A stretch of DNA of 64,000 bases, taken from an uncultured Actinomycetota bacterium. GTDB lineage: Bacteria; Actinomycetota; Actinomycetes; JAHEKZ01. Both the position numbers and the translations under genes were made by a program. Positions 19,635-30,815 of the stretch are shown one piece after another; the first letter of the stretch is position 1; every line of letters starts with the position of its first letter. The stretch is taken from the NCBI GenBank assembly GCA_963743915.1, contig CAVURN010000001.1, positions 32,001 through 96,000 on the forward strand, written 5' to 3'. The notes under the pieces were generated by a model. The model ran no database searches. It had not been told where the DNA came from and worked only from the letters and a program-made list of their open reading frames with translations.

Positions 19635-20123
19635 TCAGGCGTCGTCTTCGAGGGTCAGCGCCACCAGCTGCTTCTGGTACGCCTTGAGGTCGGGCGGGGA
19701 CTCCTCCCAGGGCTCGACCTGCGTGTAGCCACTGGTCTCGAAGAGCAGGATCGCCTCACTGAGGGCCTCGTAGACCTCGAGCCGGATGAACTCGAACCCT
19801 GCCACGGCGCCCGCACCCTCGAGAGCGGAGAGCAGCCGACGTCCGATGCTCCGGCCCCGCAGGACCTGGTTGACCCAGAGCCGCCGGATCTGACCGATCT
19901 TGGGCTCGACCTGGCGCAGCGACCCACAGCCGACGACGTTGTCGCGGTCGTCGAGTGCGACCACGAAGAAGTTCTTGCCGGAGTCCTCGCGGGCCTCCTG
20001 GGCGACGTCGATCTCGAGCACGTCGGCGCCGACGCGCTCGACCATCTCGTTGAGGAACTGGGTGACCGCCGCCTGGCTGCGCGGGTCGGTGGGATCGAGT
20101 GCCTCGATGCGGACCGATGTCAT
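19635..20123 (-). CDS. GNAT-family acetyltransferase
   Basis: VVGCGSL, IRRLWV..LRGRSIGRRLL and AILLFETSGY; ATG 7 nt after TAGGGT. Confidence 0.85.
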   Translation of the reverse strand: MTSVRIEALDPTDPRSQAAVTQFLNEMVERVGADVLEIDVAQEAREDSGKNFFVVALDDRDNVVGCGSLRQVEPKIGQIRRLWVNQVLRGRSIGRRLLSALEGAGAVAGFEFIRLEVYEALSEAILLFETSGYTQVEPWEESPPDLKAYQKQLVALTLEDDA

Positions 20124-20342
20124 GCCCAGAACCCTATGACCTGGAGACCGCGTCGCCCGCGCAGGGCGCGCCCGGCGGCACGCCTGCCGTGGTGGGCCGG
20201 TCCCGCGGGTGGGTGGAATTCCGCCCGCACCTTTGTGCCACAATTCGTCCATTCCAAGACGTGAATTAGCCACTGGAATGCAAATTCCCATTCTGGCGTG
20301 GCTGATTGCACATTGATCCGAACCGACGAAAGCAGGCGGGAA

Positions 20343-20675
20343 ATGGCGCAGAAAGTCCAGGTCGTGCTCATCGACGACATCGACGGGGGCCCGGCCGACG
20401 AGACCATCCGCTTCGCCCTCGACGGCACCACCTACGACATCGACCTGTCCAGCGGCAACGCGGCGCGACTGCGGGCCGCCCTCGCCGAGTTCGTCGGCCA
20501 CGCCCGTAGGGCCTCGTCGCGTCCGACCGGACGCCGCTCGCGCGCCGGAGCGGGCGGCAGGAGCGCAGAGATCCGGGCGTGGGCGAAGCAGCAGGGGCTG
20601 GCGGTCAACGAGCGTGGACGCATCCCGGCCGAGCTCGCGGCCAAGTTCGACGCTGCCCACCAGGCCGCGCAGTGA
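20343..20675 (+). CDS. lsr2: Nucleoid-associated protein Lsr2
   Basis: MAQKVQVVLIDDIDG, YDIDLS and IRAWAK..G..VNERGRIP. Confidence 0.97.
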   Translation: MAQKVQVVLIDDIDGGPADETIRFALDGTTYDIDLSSGNAARLRAALAEFVGHARRASSRPTGRRSRAGAGGRSAEIRAWAKQQGLAVNERGRIPAELAAKFDAAHQAAQ

Positions 20676-20692
20676 TCGTGGTCAGGGACTTC

Positions 20693-20706
20693 GTTCGCTG
20701 ACGGCG
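20693..20706 (+). promoter_or_regulatory. Putative ClgR operator upstream of clpC
   Basis: GTTCGC-TGACG-GCG matches the Streptomyces ClgR motif GTTCGC-N5-GCG. Confidence 0.65.
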
Positions 20707-20728
20707 TAGGACCACCCGTTCGGGCTAC

Positions 20729-20754
20729 GGAACGCCAGGCCACGAGCCGACGTT
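20729..20754 (+). promoter_or_regulatory. SigR/SigH-type ECF promoter of clpC
   Basis: GGAAC-N18-GTT with exact spacing. Confidence 0.7.
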
Positions 20755-20889
20755 GAAGTGAGAACGTCACTCGGATGCCCCTCGGCTCCGCGTGGAGAAC
20801 TCGCCTGCTGCGCAGCGCGGGCTAGCATCGAACAGGTCGACGTCCGACGGCGATCTGCGACCGAGTACCACCCAGAAGGAGACGCGCAG

Positions 20890-23433
20890 ATGTTCGAGAG
20901 GTTTACCGACCGCGCCCGACGGGTGGTCGTGCTGGCCCAAGAAGAGGCCCGCATGCTCAACCACAACTACATCGGCACCGAGCACATCCTGCTCGGGCTG
21001 ATCCACGAGGGCGAGGGCGTGGCCGCGAAGGCGCTCGAGTCACTCGGGATCTCGCTGGAGGCGGTCCGTCAGCAGGTCGAGGAGATCATCGGCCAGGGAC
21101 AGCAGGCACCCTCGGGGCACATCCCCTTCACGCCCCGCGCCAAGAAGGTGCTCGAGCTCTCACTGCGTGAGGCGCTGCAGCTGGGGCACAACTACATCGG
21201 CACCGAGCACATCCTGCTCGGGCTCATCCGCGAGGGTGAGGGTGTTGCGGCGCAGGTGCTCGTCAAGCTGGGCGCCGACCTCAACCGGGTGCGTCAGCAG
21301 GTGATCCAGCTGCTCTCCGGCTACCAGGGCAAGGAGCCGGCCACGGCGGGCGGACCGCAGGGCGAGAGTGCCCCGTCGTCGTCCCTGGTCCTGGACCAGT
21401 TCGGACGCAACCTCACGCAGGCTGCCCGGGAGAACAAGCTCGACCCGGTCATCGGGCGTGAGAAGGAGATCGAGCGGGTCATGCAGGTGTTGTCCCGCCG
21501 CACCAAGAACAACCCGGTGCTGATCGGTGAGCCCGGAGTCGGCAAGACGGCGGTGGTGGAAGGTCTGGCCCAAGCGATCGTCAAGGGCGAGGTCCCGGAC
21601 ACCCTCGAGAACAAGCAGCTCTACACACTGGACCTCGGCGCCCTCGTCGCGGGCAGCCGCTACCGGGGTGACTTCGAGGAGCGGCTGAAGAAGGTGCTCA
21701 AGGAGATCCGCACACGCGGCGACATCATCTTGTTCATCGACGAGATGCACACGCTCGTCGGTGCCGGCGCGGCCGAAGGTGCCATCGACGCCGCCAGCAT
21801 CCTCAAGCCCATGCTGGCGCGTGGTGAGCTGCAGACGATCGGCGCCACCACGTTGGACGAGTACCGCAAGTACGTCGAGAAGGACGCAGCGCTCGAGCGG
21901 CGGTTCGCCCCGATCCAGGTGGACGCCCCGGACGTGGACATGACGGTCGAGATCCTGCTGGGCCTGCGTGACCGCTATGCAGCGCACCACCGCGTCAACA
22001 TCACCGATGAAGCCATCAAGGCTGCGGCGCGCCTGGCAGATCGCTACATCTCCGACCGTCAGCTGCCCGACAAGGCGATCGACTTGATCGACGAGGCCGG
22101 TTCCCGGCTGCGCATCCGCCGCATGACGGCTCCGCCGGATCTGCGCGAGTACGACGAGCGCATCGGTGACGTCCGCCGTGAGAAGGAGGCGGCGATCGAC
22201 GCCCAGGACTTCGAGAAGGCGGCGTCACTGCGCGACCAGGAGAAGCAGCTGCTGGGTGAGCGCGCCCAACGCGAGCGCGAGTGGCGCAGTGGCGGCATGG
22301 ACACCATGCCGGACGTCGACGAGAAGCTCATCGCCGAGGTCGTCGGTCTCATGACGGGGATTCCCGTGTCGGACCTGTCCGAGGACGACGCCAAGCGCCT
22401 CATGCGCATGGAAGAGGAGCTGCACAAGCGGGTCGTCGGTCAGGAGCAGGCGATCAAGTCGCTGTCGAAGGCGATCCGCCGCACCCGCGCCGGGCTGAAG
22501 GACCCCAAGCGCCCCTCGGGCTCCTTCATCTTCGCCGGACCGTCCGGCGTCGGGAAGACCGAGCTGTCCAAGGCCCTGACCGAGTTCCTGTTCGGCGACG
22601 AGGACGCGCTCATCGCCCTCGACATGAGCGAGTACAGCGAGAAGCACACGGCGTCTCGACTCTTCGGCTCGCCCCCCGGCTACGTCGGGTACGAAGAGGG
22701 TGGCCAGCTGACCGAGAAGGTGCGGCGCAAGCCGTTCTCGGTGGTGCTCTTCGACGAGGTCGAGAAGGCGCACCCGGACATCTTCAACTCGCTGCTGCAG
22801 GTGCTCGAAGAGGGACGCCTCACCGACGCCCAGGGTCGCACGGTGGACTTCAAGAACACCGTGATCATCATGACCACGAACCTCGGCAGCCGTGATGTCT
22901 CCAAGGGCGTCAACCTCGGGTTCGCGGCCAGCGGCGACACCACGACGGCGTACGAGGCCATGAAGTCGAAGGTGCAGCAGGAGCTCAAGCAGAACTTCCG
23001 TCCGGAGTTCCTCAACCGCATCGACGACATCATCGTCTTCCACCAGCTGAGCGAGGAAGAGATCGTCAGCATCGTCGACCTGATGGCGGCCAAACTCGAG
23101 GAGCGCCTGAAGGACAAGGACATGGCGATCGAGCTGACCACCCCGGCCAAGCTGCTGCTCGCGAAGAAGGGCTACGACCCGGTGCTCGGAGCACGGCCGC
23201 TGCGTCGCACCCTGCAGCGCGAGCTCGAGGACCAGCTCTCCGAGCAGATCCTGTTCGGTGAGCTCACCCCCGGCTCGATCGTGGTCGTCGACGTCGAGGG
23301 TGAAGGCGAGTCGGCGACGTTCACCTTCAAGAGCGAGCCCCGCGCCACGCTGCCCGACCACCCTGATCTGACGGCGGTCGAGGCTGCGGGCGAGCTGGGG
23401 GACGCGGGAGCGGCGGCCACCAGCGACGACTAG
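20890..23433 (+). CDS. clpC: ATP-dependent Clp protease ATPase ClpC1
   Basis: [20 protein letters not shown]; two Walker A motifs ([16 protein letters not shown]); UVR domain; SD GAAGGAG. Confidence 0.98.
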   Translation: MFERFTDRARRVVVLAQEEARMLNHNYIGTEHILLGLIHEGEGVAAKALESLGISLEAVRQQVEEIIGQGQQAPSGHIPFTPRAKKVLELSLREALQLGHNYIGTEHILLGLIREGEGVAAQVLVKLGADLNRVRQQVIQLLSGYQGKEPATAGGPQGESAPSSSLVLDQFGRNLTQAARENKLDPVIGREKEIERVMQVLSRRTKNNPVLIGEPGVGKTAVVEGLAQAIVKGEVPDTLENKQLYTLDLGALVAGSRYRGDFEERLKKVLKEIRTRGDIILFIDEMHTLVGAGAAEGAIDAASILKPMLARGELQTIGATTLDEYRKYVEKDAALERRFAPIQVDAPDVDMTVEILLGLRDRYAAHHRVNITDEAIKAAARLADRYISDRQLPDKAIDLIDEAGSRLRIRRMTAPPDLREYDERIGDVRREKEAAIDAQDFEKAASLRDQEKQLLGERAQREREWRSGGMDTMPDVDEKLIAEVVGLMTGIPVSDLSEDDAKRLMRMEEELHKRVVGQEQAIKSLSKAIRRTRAGLKDPKRPSGSFIFAGPSGVGKTELSKALTEFLFGDEDALIALDMSEYSEKHTASRLFGSPPGYVGYEEGGQLTEKVRRKPFSVVLFDEVEKAHPDIFNSLLQVLEEGRLTDAQGRTVDFKNTVIIMTTNLGSRDVSKGVNLGFAASGDTTTAYEAMKSKVQQELKQNFRPEFLNRIDDIIVFHQLSEEEIVSIVDLMAAKLEERLKDKDMAIELTTPAKLLLAKKGYDPVLGARPLRRTLQRELEDQLSEQILFGELTPGSIVVVDVEGEGESATFTFKSEPRATLPDHPDLTAVEAAGELGDAGAAATSDD

Positions 23434-23444
23434 CTGCTGGCGGC

Positions 23445-24326
23445 TCAGGGCAGCCGGTACGCCCCGGCGGTCCCCTTCACGACCAGACCGTCGGCGAGCA
23501 GGCTGGTCAAGGCTCGGGTCCGCTGGGCGTCGTCGTCCCACGCCGCGTCGAGTGCTTCCTGCGTCACCTGCCCCTCGGCGTCCCGGAGCACAGACAGCAG
23601 CCGTCCACGGCATTGCCGGTCGGTCCCGGCATAGCTCTGGCCACGGCGGGCAGCTCCGTCCCATGCCGGGGACCCGGCTGCGCGCCAGGCGCACCGCGAG
23701 CTGATCGGACACGTGTCACACGCGGGCGCCCGCGCCGTGCACACCAGTGCTCCGAGCTCCATGAACGCGATCGACGCGCGCGCCGCGTCGAGGGGCGACG
23801 ACGGCAGCAGATCCAGGGCGCGCTGACGCTCAGGTGAGGTGACCGTCGCCGAGCGAGGGTGCATGGAGCCGTCGAGCCAGCGGGCGTGCACGCGTCGCAC
23901 GTTGGTGTCGAGCACCGGCTGCCGCTGACCGAAGGCGAACGCCGCGACCGCTGCTGCCGTGTACTCCCCGACGCCAGGAAGCGATCGGAGCTCGGCCACG
24001 TCCGCCGGGACCCGGCCGGAGAAGCGCTCGACGCAGACCTGGGCTGCGGCGTGCAGCCGGAGTGCGCGACGGGGATACCCCAGTCGCCCCCACATGCGTA
24101 CGGCGTCGCCCGGTGCGTCCGCGGCGAGGTCGGCCGGCCGGGGCCAGCGCCGCATCCACGCGTCGTACGCGGGCAGGACGCGGGCCACCGGCGTCTGCTG
24201 CAGCATCACCTCGCTGACCAGGACGCCCCACGGGTCGGGTTCAGACCTCCACGGCAGGGTGCGCGCAGCCGTGTCGTACCAGCGCACGAGTGCGGCGACG
24301 GCAGCGCTGTGGTCGTCCGGGCTCAT
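23445..24326 (-). CDS. mutY: A/G-specific adenine glycosylase
   Basis: LPWR, LVSEVMLQQT, WGRLGYPRRA, LPGVGEYTA, DTNVRRV and the C-x6-C-x2-C-x5-C Fe-S motif. Confidence 0.95.
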   Translation of the reverse strand: MSPDDHSAAVAALVRWYDTAARTLPWRSEPDPWGVLVSEVMLQQTPVARVLPAYDAWMRRWPRPADLAADAPGDAVRMWGRLGYPRRALRLHAAAQVCVERFSGRVPADVAELRSLPGVGEYTAAAVAAFAFGQRQPVLDTNVRRVHARWLDGSMHPRSATVTSPERQRALDLLPSSPLDAARASIAFMELGALVCTARAPACDTCPISSRCAWRAAGSPAWDGAARRGQSYAGTDRQCRGRLLSVLRDAEGQVTQEALDAAWDDDAQRTRALTSLLADGLVVKGTAGAYRLP

Positions 24327-24389
24327 CCTGGCCATCGTGGCATGCCCGCAAACGGCACGCCGATCCGTCGACAGCCCTAGGCTGGCCAC

Positions 24390-25022
24390 GTGGTGCTCCG
24401 TCCTGTCGGCGACCTGCCGGCCAGCGTGTACTGGGTCAGGCGGCTGCTGCTCCTCCTCGTCGTGGTCGTGGTGGTGGCCCTCGGGTGGTGGCTGCTGCCC
24501 TTCGGCGATGACGGCAACGACACCACCACGACCCCGGCCTCGGTGTCCTCGGTGTCACCCACGCCGACGCCCAGCAAGACGAAGTCGCCCAAGCCTGAGC
24601 CGTCGGAGACGCCCACGAAGACCGAGGCCGTCGCACCGGACTGCCCCGACTCTGCGATCGCCGTCACCGTCGAGTCCGATGCCGAGACCTATCCGGCAGG
24701 CCGGTCGCCCAGCTTCACCCTCGCGGTCGAGAACGTCTCGAAGGAGACGTGCACCCGGGACGTGGGACAGTCGGCGAACGAGCTGCGGGTCACCTCCGGC
24801 GGAGCCCAGATCTGGTCCTCCGACGACTGCAACCCCGGTGGCGCCTCGGATCCGTCAGAGCTCGACCCGGGAGACCGCTTCGTCCAGACGGTGCCGTGGC
24901 CGCGTGAGGAGTCCCAGCCGGATTGCCCGACACCGCCGGAGACGGCACCACCGGGGACGTACCAGGTGGTCGCCCGCAACCTCGAGATCCTCAGTGAGCC
25001 GGTGGCCTTCGTGCTGGAGTGA
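24390..25022 (+). CDS. Conserved actinobacterial membrane-anchored protein (mutY-disA locus)
   Basis: RPVGDLPASVYWVRR + TM + P/T linker + Cys-paired Ig-like domain (IWSSDDC, PGTYQV). Confidence 0.85.
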   Translation: MVLRPVGDLPASVYWVRRLLLLLVVVVVVALGWWLLPFGDDGNDTTTTPASVSSVSPTPTPSKTKSPKPEPSETPTKTEAVAPDCPDSAIAVTVESDAETYPAGRSPSFTLAVENVSKETCTRDVGQSANELRVTSGGAQIWSSDDCNPGGASDPSELDPGDRFVQTVPWPREESQPDCPTPPETAPPGTYQVVARNLEILSEPVAFVLE

Positions 25023-25057
25023 CGTTGCCGCGGCGGGCTCGCGGTGATGGGCGCACG

Positions 25058-25084
25058 CTCAAGGTCCGTCCCGTTCCAGACGAC
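25058..25084 (+). promoter_or_regulatory. Possible FliA/WhiG (sigma28)-type promoter of the che cluster
   Basis: CTCA-N17-GACGAC resembles the actinobacterial FliA-family consensus CTCA-N15-17-GCCGAA (4/6 match at -10). Confidence 0.3.
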
Positions 25085-25135
25085 ATCTGTCTGTACATGA
25101 GACGGCGCTCGGTGACGCCGTTGGCGGGAGGACCG

Positions 25136-26359
25136 GTGCCGGCGTCACACGCATCCCACGACACGGGGACGGTGGGGGCTGCACCTCGTGGCGCCCCGGT
25201 GGTGGTCGCGGTCGTGGCCGGCACCCGCACCCGGATCAAGGTGCTTGAGAAGCTGCTCAACCAGCCCGGACTCATCGTCTGCGGCAGCGCCCAGGAGCCG
25301 GTCGCGGCCGAGGAGCTCGTCGTCGCCTCCCAGCCGGCCGCCGTCCTGCTCGATCTCGACCTCTGGAGCGGCGGGTTGGAGGCCATCGAGCGGATCATGG
25401 CGACCCGCGCCACTCCGATCGTGGTCATCGGACCTGCCGCTGAGCACCCGGAGGCCGCCATCGCCGCAGGGGCGGTCGACGTGGTCGGCGCCCTGGACGT
25501 CGCACCGGGCTCCGCCGAGTACTCGACCATGGTGATGCGTCATCTCAAGATCGCCAGTCGGGTCAGGGTGATCACCCATCCCCGCGGCCGGCTTCGTGGA
25601 CGCGGCCTGCGCGGCGCGGCGACGCCACCGATTCCCACCCGCCCGCCCGAGCCCGTCGGCGCCGTCGTCGAACCCGATCAGCCTGGCTCGCGCCCCACGA
25701 ACCTCGCACCGGAACGCGTCCGCCGCCATATGGCGCAGCGACCTCGCACGGTCGCCCCGCGGCAGGGACCATTGGTGGTCGCCATCGGTGCATCCACCGG
25801 CGGGCCGCCGGCACTCGCGACGATCCTCGCCGAGATCCCGCCGGAGCTGCCGGCCGCCGTGGTGGTGGTGCAGCACATGGCGGAGGGATTCGTCGAGGGC
25901 CTGGCCCGCTGGCTCGACGGCGTCTGCCCCTTGCCGGTCGTGGTCGCGGTCGAGGGGGAACGTCTGCAGCCCGGCCAGGTGTATCTGGCGCCGGCCAACC
26001 AGAACCTGGTCGTGCGCCCGGGCTTCCGGGTGGGGCTCACCGACCCCCCTCCCGGCCAGTACCACGTTCCCGGCGTCGACGTCACCTTCCGTTCGGTGGC
26101 GCAGGTGTCGGGGCAGTACGCGGTCGCCGCCCTGCTCACCGGGATGGGACGTGACGGCGCCGCCGGGTTGAAGGTCCTGCGCGACATCGGCGCCTTCACG
26201 ATCGGGCAGGACGAGTCGACGAGCGTGGTGTGGGGCATGCCCGCGGCCGCACAGGAGGTCGACGCGGTCGACCTCGAGCTGCCGCTCCCCGCGATCGGGC
26301 AGGCGATCGTCACGGCCGTCCAGCACGCCGTCGACGATGTGGTGGAGGTCGGGTCGTGA
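25136..26359 (+). CDS. cheB: CheB-type protein-glutamate methylesterase with degenerate N-terminal receiver
   Basis: GASTGG, VQHM, LLTGMGRDG and SVVWGMP; start uncertain (GTG 25136 after GGAGG; the ORF opens at 25019). Confidence 0.92.
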   Translation: MPASHASHDTGTVGAAPRGAPVVVAVVAGTRTRIKVLEKLLNQPGLIVCGSAQEPVAAEELVVASQPAAVLLDLDLWSGGLEAIERIMATRATPIVVIGPAAEHPEAAIAAGAVDVVGALDVAPGSAEYSTMVMRHLKIASRVRVITHPRGRLRGRGLRGAATPPIPTRPPEPVGAVVEPDQPGSRPTNLAPERVRRHMAQRPRTVAPRQGPLVVAIGASTGGPPALATILAEIPPELPAAVVVVQHMAEGFVEGLARWLDGVCPLPVVVAVEGERLQPGQVYLAPANQNLVVRPGFRVGLTDPPPGQYHVPGVDVTFRSVAQVSGQYAVAALLTGMGRDGAAGLKVLRDIGAFTIGQDESTSVVWGMPAAAQEVDAVDLELPLPAIGQAIVTAVQHAVDDVVEVGS

Positions 26360-27826
26360 TCGCCCGGGTCCTCACCGAGGAGGAGTACGAGCGGACGACG
26401 CAGACGCTTGTGCGTCTGGCTGGTCTCGTCTTCGACGTCAGCCGGCGTGGGGCGATCAGTGCGATCCTGCACGAGCGCCTGGAGGCGACCGGTCACCCCT
26501 CCGTGGACTCGTACCTGGCGCACGTCGAGTCATCGTTGGGACTCGAGGAGCGGCAGCAGCTGCTGGACGCGGTGACGATCCAGGAGACGCACTTCTTCCG
26601 CAACCTCCCGCAGATGGAGGCGCTCCGCCGGGACGTGCTTCCCGATCTGCTCAAGCGGAACCGCAGCACGGGGCGTCCGCTGACGATCTGGTCGGCCGGA
26701 TGCTCGACGGGTGAGGAGCCGTACACGCTGGCCATGCTCCTCGTCCAGCTGTTCGAGGAGACCGGTCCGTTCCCCGTTCGCATCGTCGGCACGGACGTGT
26801 CCGCCGCGGCGCTGGACGTGGCACGCGCGGGTGTCTACAGCGGCCGGACGATCCACCTGGCGGAGCCGGGCGCGGTGGACCGGTGGTTCGATGCCCGTCC
26901 GGACGACAGCTTCTCGGTGGCGCAACCGGTTCGTGACCTCGTCGAGTTCCGGCTGCAGAACCTGGTCGCGGACGAGCCGCCGTTCGGGCCCGGTGAGGTC
27001 GACCTGGTCGTGTGCCGCAACGTGACGATCTACTTCGGGCGCGAGACGACCCGTCGCCTGGTCGACGGCTTCCACCGGCTTCTGACGCCAGGGGGCTACC
27101 TGCTGCTCGGCCACGCCGAGACGCTGTGGCAGATCTCCGACTCCTTCAGCCTCGCTTCCGGTCGGCGAGGCGTTCGTCTACCGCAAGGAGGTGCAGGCGT
27201 CGCCCGGCAGAACGCCCTCGGTGCCGGCGGCTGCGCCCGGCGCCGCCCCTCGTCCGACTGCTCCGCGCCGGGTGATGCGCGATGTGCTCCGGGTCCCTGG
27301 TCTGCGGCCGAAGCGTGCGCCGGAGCCCGCACGTCCCGTGGCACCCCCGATCAGCTCGATCCCCTCCCCGCTCGAGGACCTGATCAGAGCGCGCGAGGCG
27401 TTGGCTGCCGGCAGCTACGCCGAAGCCGCGACGCTGGCCGACCGGGCGACCGCGACACACCCTCTGCTCGTCGAGGGCTACATCATCGAAGGCCGTGCGC
27501 TCGCCAACCAGGGGGATGACGACGGTGCCATCGCCGCACTGCGCAAGGCCGTCTTCCTCGACCCCACGGCGGCACATGCTCACTTCCTGCTGGCCACGAC
27601 GCTCTCGCGCGTCGGCGATCCGGCCGGGGCGGCACTGTCGTTCGCCGCCGCTGCCGAGACACTGCCGTCCGCCTCGCCGGAGACGCTGACCGAGCTGCTT
27701 GATGGTCGTGCCGTCTCCGATTTGGTAGACCTGTGTCGTCAGCTCGCCGTCAGCCTGCAGCCGCCACCGAAGCCCTCGGTCGGCGTGGGGACGGTTGCCT
27801 CGGAGATCGGACGGAGATCGGTGTGA
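26356..27826 (+). CDS. cheR: CheR-type methyltransferase with C-terminal TPR (one +1 frameshift near 27155)
   Basis: TIQETHFFRN, IWSAGCSTGEEPY, CRNVTIYF and LLLGHAE; TPR segment ALRKAVFLDPTAAHAHFLLA in the shifted frame. Confidence 0.9.
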
Positions 27827-28236
27827 GCGGCTACATCACGTTCCGCATGAATGGCCGAGACCTCGCCTGTCCGCTGGACGAGGTGCGCGAGGTCGTGCGC
27901 GCGGTGGGCATCGAGCCGCTGCCCGGTACCCGGGCGCCGGTGAGCGGGATGATCGAGCTGCGCAACGACCCGCTGCCTGTGGTCGACCTCCGGTCGGACG
28001 CCTACCCGGGCGAGGAGGGCGACGTCCTCGTCCTCAATCCTGCCGAGGGCGGGATGTACGGCGTCGCCGTGGACCGCGTGCTTGCCGTGGTCAGCGACGA
28101 CGACCTGGTGGCCGACGAGGCGGCGACGCCGGCCGGGCTGCCGCCCTACGTGACCCAGGTCCTCCGGCGGCCGGAGGACAGGGCGCCTGTGATGCTGGTG
28201 GCCCTGCGCGTGCTGGCCGGCCTCGAGGCGTCCTAG
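27823..28236 (+). CDS. cheW: CheW-like coupling protein
   Basis: [34 protein letters not shown] and GVAVDRV; GTGA overlap. Confidence 0.88.
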   Translation: MSGYITFRMNGRDLACPLDEVREVVRAVGIEPLPGTRAPVSGMIELRNDPLPVVDLRSDAYPGEEGDVLVLNPAEGGMYGVAVDRVLAVVSDDDLVADEAATPAGLPPYVTQVLRRPEDRAPVMLVALRVLAGLEAS

Positions 28237-29339
28237 ACGTACCGTTCGAGGATGCTCGACTCCGCGAGCCGGGAGAGCCCCTCGCGCACGGTGCGGGCGC
28301 GTGTCTCGCCGACCCCCTCGACGGTCTGCAGGTCGTCGATGCTGGCCGCCAGCAGCCGCTGCAGGCCACCGAAGCTGTCGACGAGACGGTCGACCACGGT
28401 GCTCGGGAGTCGAGGCACCCGAGCGAGCAGCCGGTACCCGCGAGGGCTGATCGTGAGATCGAGGACATCGGGGTTGCCGGAGTAGCCCAGCGCCTTGGCG
28501 ACGAGGGAGAGGTCGAGCAGCTCGACGTCGGAGAGGTCGTCGAGCTCGCCGAGCACCCGCTCGACGGTGCGCGTGCGGCGTCCTCCCGTGGGCAGGTAGT
28601 CGCGGACCACGAGCTCGCGGTCCGCATCGACCCCGCTGATCAGCTCGACGAGCTGCAGCGCGAGCAGGCGCCCGTCCGAACCGAGCTCGATGACGTACCC
28701 GTCGATCTCGCGGGCGATCCGGCGCACCATCTCGAGGCGTTGGGCGACGACGGCGACGTCGCGGACCGAGACGAGGTCCTCGATCTCGAGGTCGGAGAGC
28801 GTGCCCGACACCTCGTCGAGCCGAAGCTTGTACCGCTCGAGGGTGGCCAGCGCCTGGTTGGCGCGGGAGAGGATGGCGGCGGAGTCCTCGAGGACGTAGC
28901 GCCTTCCTGCGACGTACAGGGCGATGATGTTCATCGACTGGCTCACCGAGATCACCGGGTACCCGGTCTGCTTGGCGACCCGCTCGGCTGTCCGGTGGCG
29001 GGTGCCCATCTCGTCGGAGCTGATGCTGGGGTCGGGCATCAGGTGGACGGCGGCCCGATGGATGGTGGTCGCGTCGTGCCCGAGGATGATCGCGCCGTCC
29101 ATCTTGGCCAGCTCACGCAGCCGAGTGGCCGTGAACTCGACGTCGAGGGTGAAGCCGCCGCTGCACAGCTCCTCGACGTCCTTGTCGTACCCGAGGACGA
29201 AGAGCCCGCCGGTCCGTCCACGGAGGATGCGCTCGAGGCCGTCCCGCAGGGAGGTGCCGGGGGCGACGGTGGCGAGCGTGACGAGCAGCTGCGTCTCGGC
29301 GTCGGCAGCCGCCGTCTTGTCGCTGGACGCCACGTGCAC
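28233..29339 (-). CDS. disA: DNA integrity scanning diadenylate cyclase DisA
   Basis: [13 protein letters not shown]; DGA and RHR catalytic motifs; C-terminal HhH (VEGVG). Confidence 0.97.
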   Translation of the reverse strand: MHVASSDKTAAADAETQLLVTLATVAPGTSLRDGLERILRGRTGGLFVLGYDKDVEELCSGGFTLDVEFTATRLRELAKMDGAIILGHDATTIHRAAVHLMPDPSISSDEMGTRHRTAERVAKQTGYPVISVSQSMNIIALYVAGRRYVLEDSAAILSRANQALATLERYKLRLDEVSGTLSDLEIEDLVSVRDVAVVAQRLEMVRRIAREIDGYVIELGSDGRLLALQLVELISGVDADRELVVRDYLPTGGRRTRTVERVLGELDDLSDVELLDLSLVAKALGYSGNPDVLDLTISPRGYRLLARVPRLPSTVVDRLVDSFGGLQRLLAASIDDLQTVEGVGETRARTVREGLSRLAESSILERYV

Positions 29340-29365
29340 TCTCCCCGCTCGGTTGCGACGGGAGT

Positions 29366-30746
29366 CTAGCGGCGCACGACCTCGGCCAGCGCGACAGCCA
29401 GGGCGTCGTGGATGTCGGTCACGGTCGTGACCGACATGCCTTCAGGGACCGGGCCGTCGTAGGCCGGGATGAGCGCGTGCCGGAACCCCAGCCGAGCCGC
29501 TTCGACCAGACGACGGTCGATCCCGGGCACGGACCGGACCTCGCCGGCGAGCCCGATCTCGCCGAACGCCACGAGGTCGCTGGCGAGCGGCCGGTCGAGG
29601 TAGGCGCTGGCGATCGCCATGATGAGCGCCAGGTCGGAGGCCGGCTCCCGCAGCTGCACGCCGCCGACCGTGGCCGCGTAGATCTCCGAGGCGACGAGCG
29701 GGACGCGCGCCCGCCGGGTGAGGACCGCCACCACCATCGCGAGTCGCGAGGAGTCCAGGCCCGAGCTGGTGCGCTTGGGCGTGGTGGCGGCAGAGGGGGA
29801 CACCAGAGCCTGGACCTCGACGACGAGCGGGCGTCGTCCCTCCAGGGTGACGGTGACGCAGGTGCCCGGCACCGGGGTGCTGTGGCGCTGCAGGAACAGC
29901 CCGCTCGGATCGGTGACGCCCTCCACCCCGTGGTCGCTCATCGTGAAGCAGCCGACCTCGTCGGTGGGGCCGTAGCGGTTCTTGGTCGCCCGGCCGAGCC
30001 GCAGGGGGCTGTGCTGCTCGCCCTCGAAGGTGAGGACGACGTCGACGAGGTGCTCGAGCAGGCGGGGGCCGGCGACCGAACCATCCTTGGTGACGTGGCC
30101 GATGAGCACGGTGGCGATGGCGCGCTCCTTGGCGAGGCGGATCAGGGCGCTGGCGACCTCCCGGACCTGCGTGACGCCGCCCGGCGTCCCCTCGACGTCA
30201 GGGGCGGAGACGGTCTGGACCGAGTCGAGCACCAGCAGCCCGGGAGCCACGGTGTCGACCTGACCCAGGACGGCCGCGAGGTCGGTCTCGGCGGCGAGCC
30301 AGAGGTTGGCGTGGACGGCGTTGATGCGGTCGGCGCGGAGGCGCACCTGCGCGGCGGACTCCTCACCGGTGACGTACAGCGTGGTGACCCCTGCGCGCGC
30401 GGAGCGGGCGGCCACGTCGAGCAGCAGGGTGGACTTGCCCACGCCGGGTTCACCGGCGAGCAGGACCACGCCTCCGGCGATGAGCCCGCCGCCGAGGACG
30501 CGGTCGAGCTCGTCGACGCCGGTGCTGCGGGACCGCGCGATGTCGACGTCGACCTCGAGGATGGGACGCGCCGGCGTGCTGACCGGGCCGGCCGTCACCC
30601 CGCGTACCCGCGGACCCGGCCTCGTCGACCGTGCCCCAGGCCTGGCACTCGCCGCACCGGCCGACCCACTTGGTGGTCGTCCAGCCGCACTCGGTGCAGC
30701 GGTAGTCGGCGCGTGCGCGTCGTGCCGGACGCGGGTTGCTGGTCAT
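29366..30746 (-). CDS. radA: DNA repair protein RadA/Sms (one +1 frameshift near 30600)
   Basis: Zn finger [17 protein letters not shown] in ORF 30450-30746; [14 protein letters not shown] and Lon-like tail in ORF 29366-30598; SD AGGAGGAG. Confidence 0.95.
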
Positions 30747-30815
30747 CGGCTCCTCCTCCTGGGTGTCGGTGACGCTACGGGGACCCCCCGACAGCCAGGG
30801 GTGCCGTGCGCGCGG

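Noticed and set aside
20950-21260. Duplicated CACAACTACATCGGCACCGAGCACATCCTGCTCGGGCT
   Set aside because: These are the two normal Clp_N repeats of ClpC
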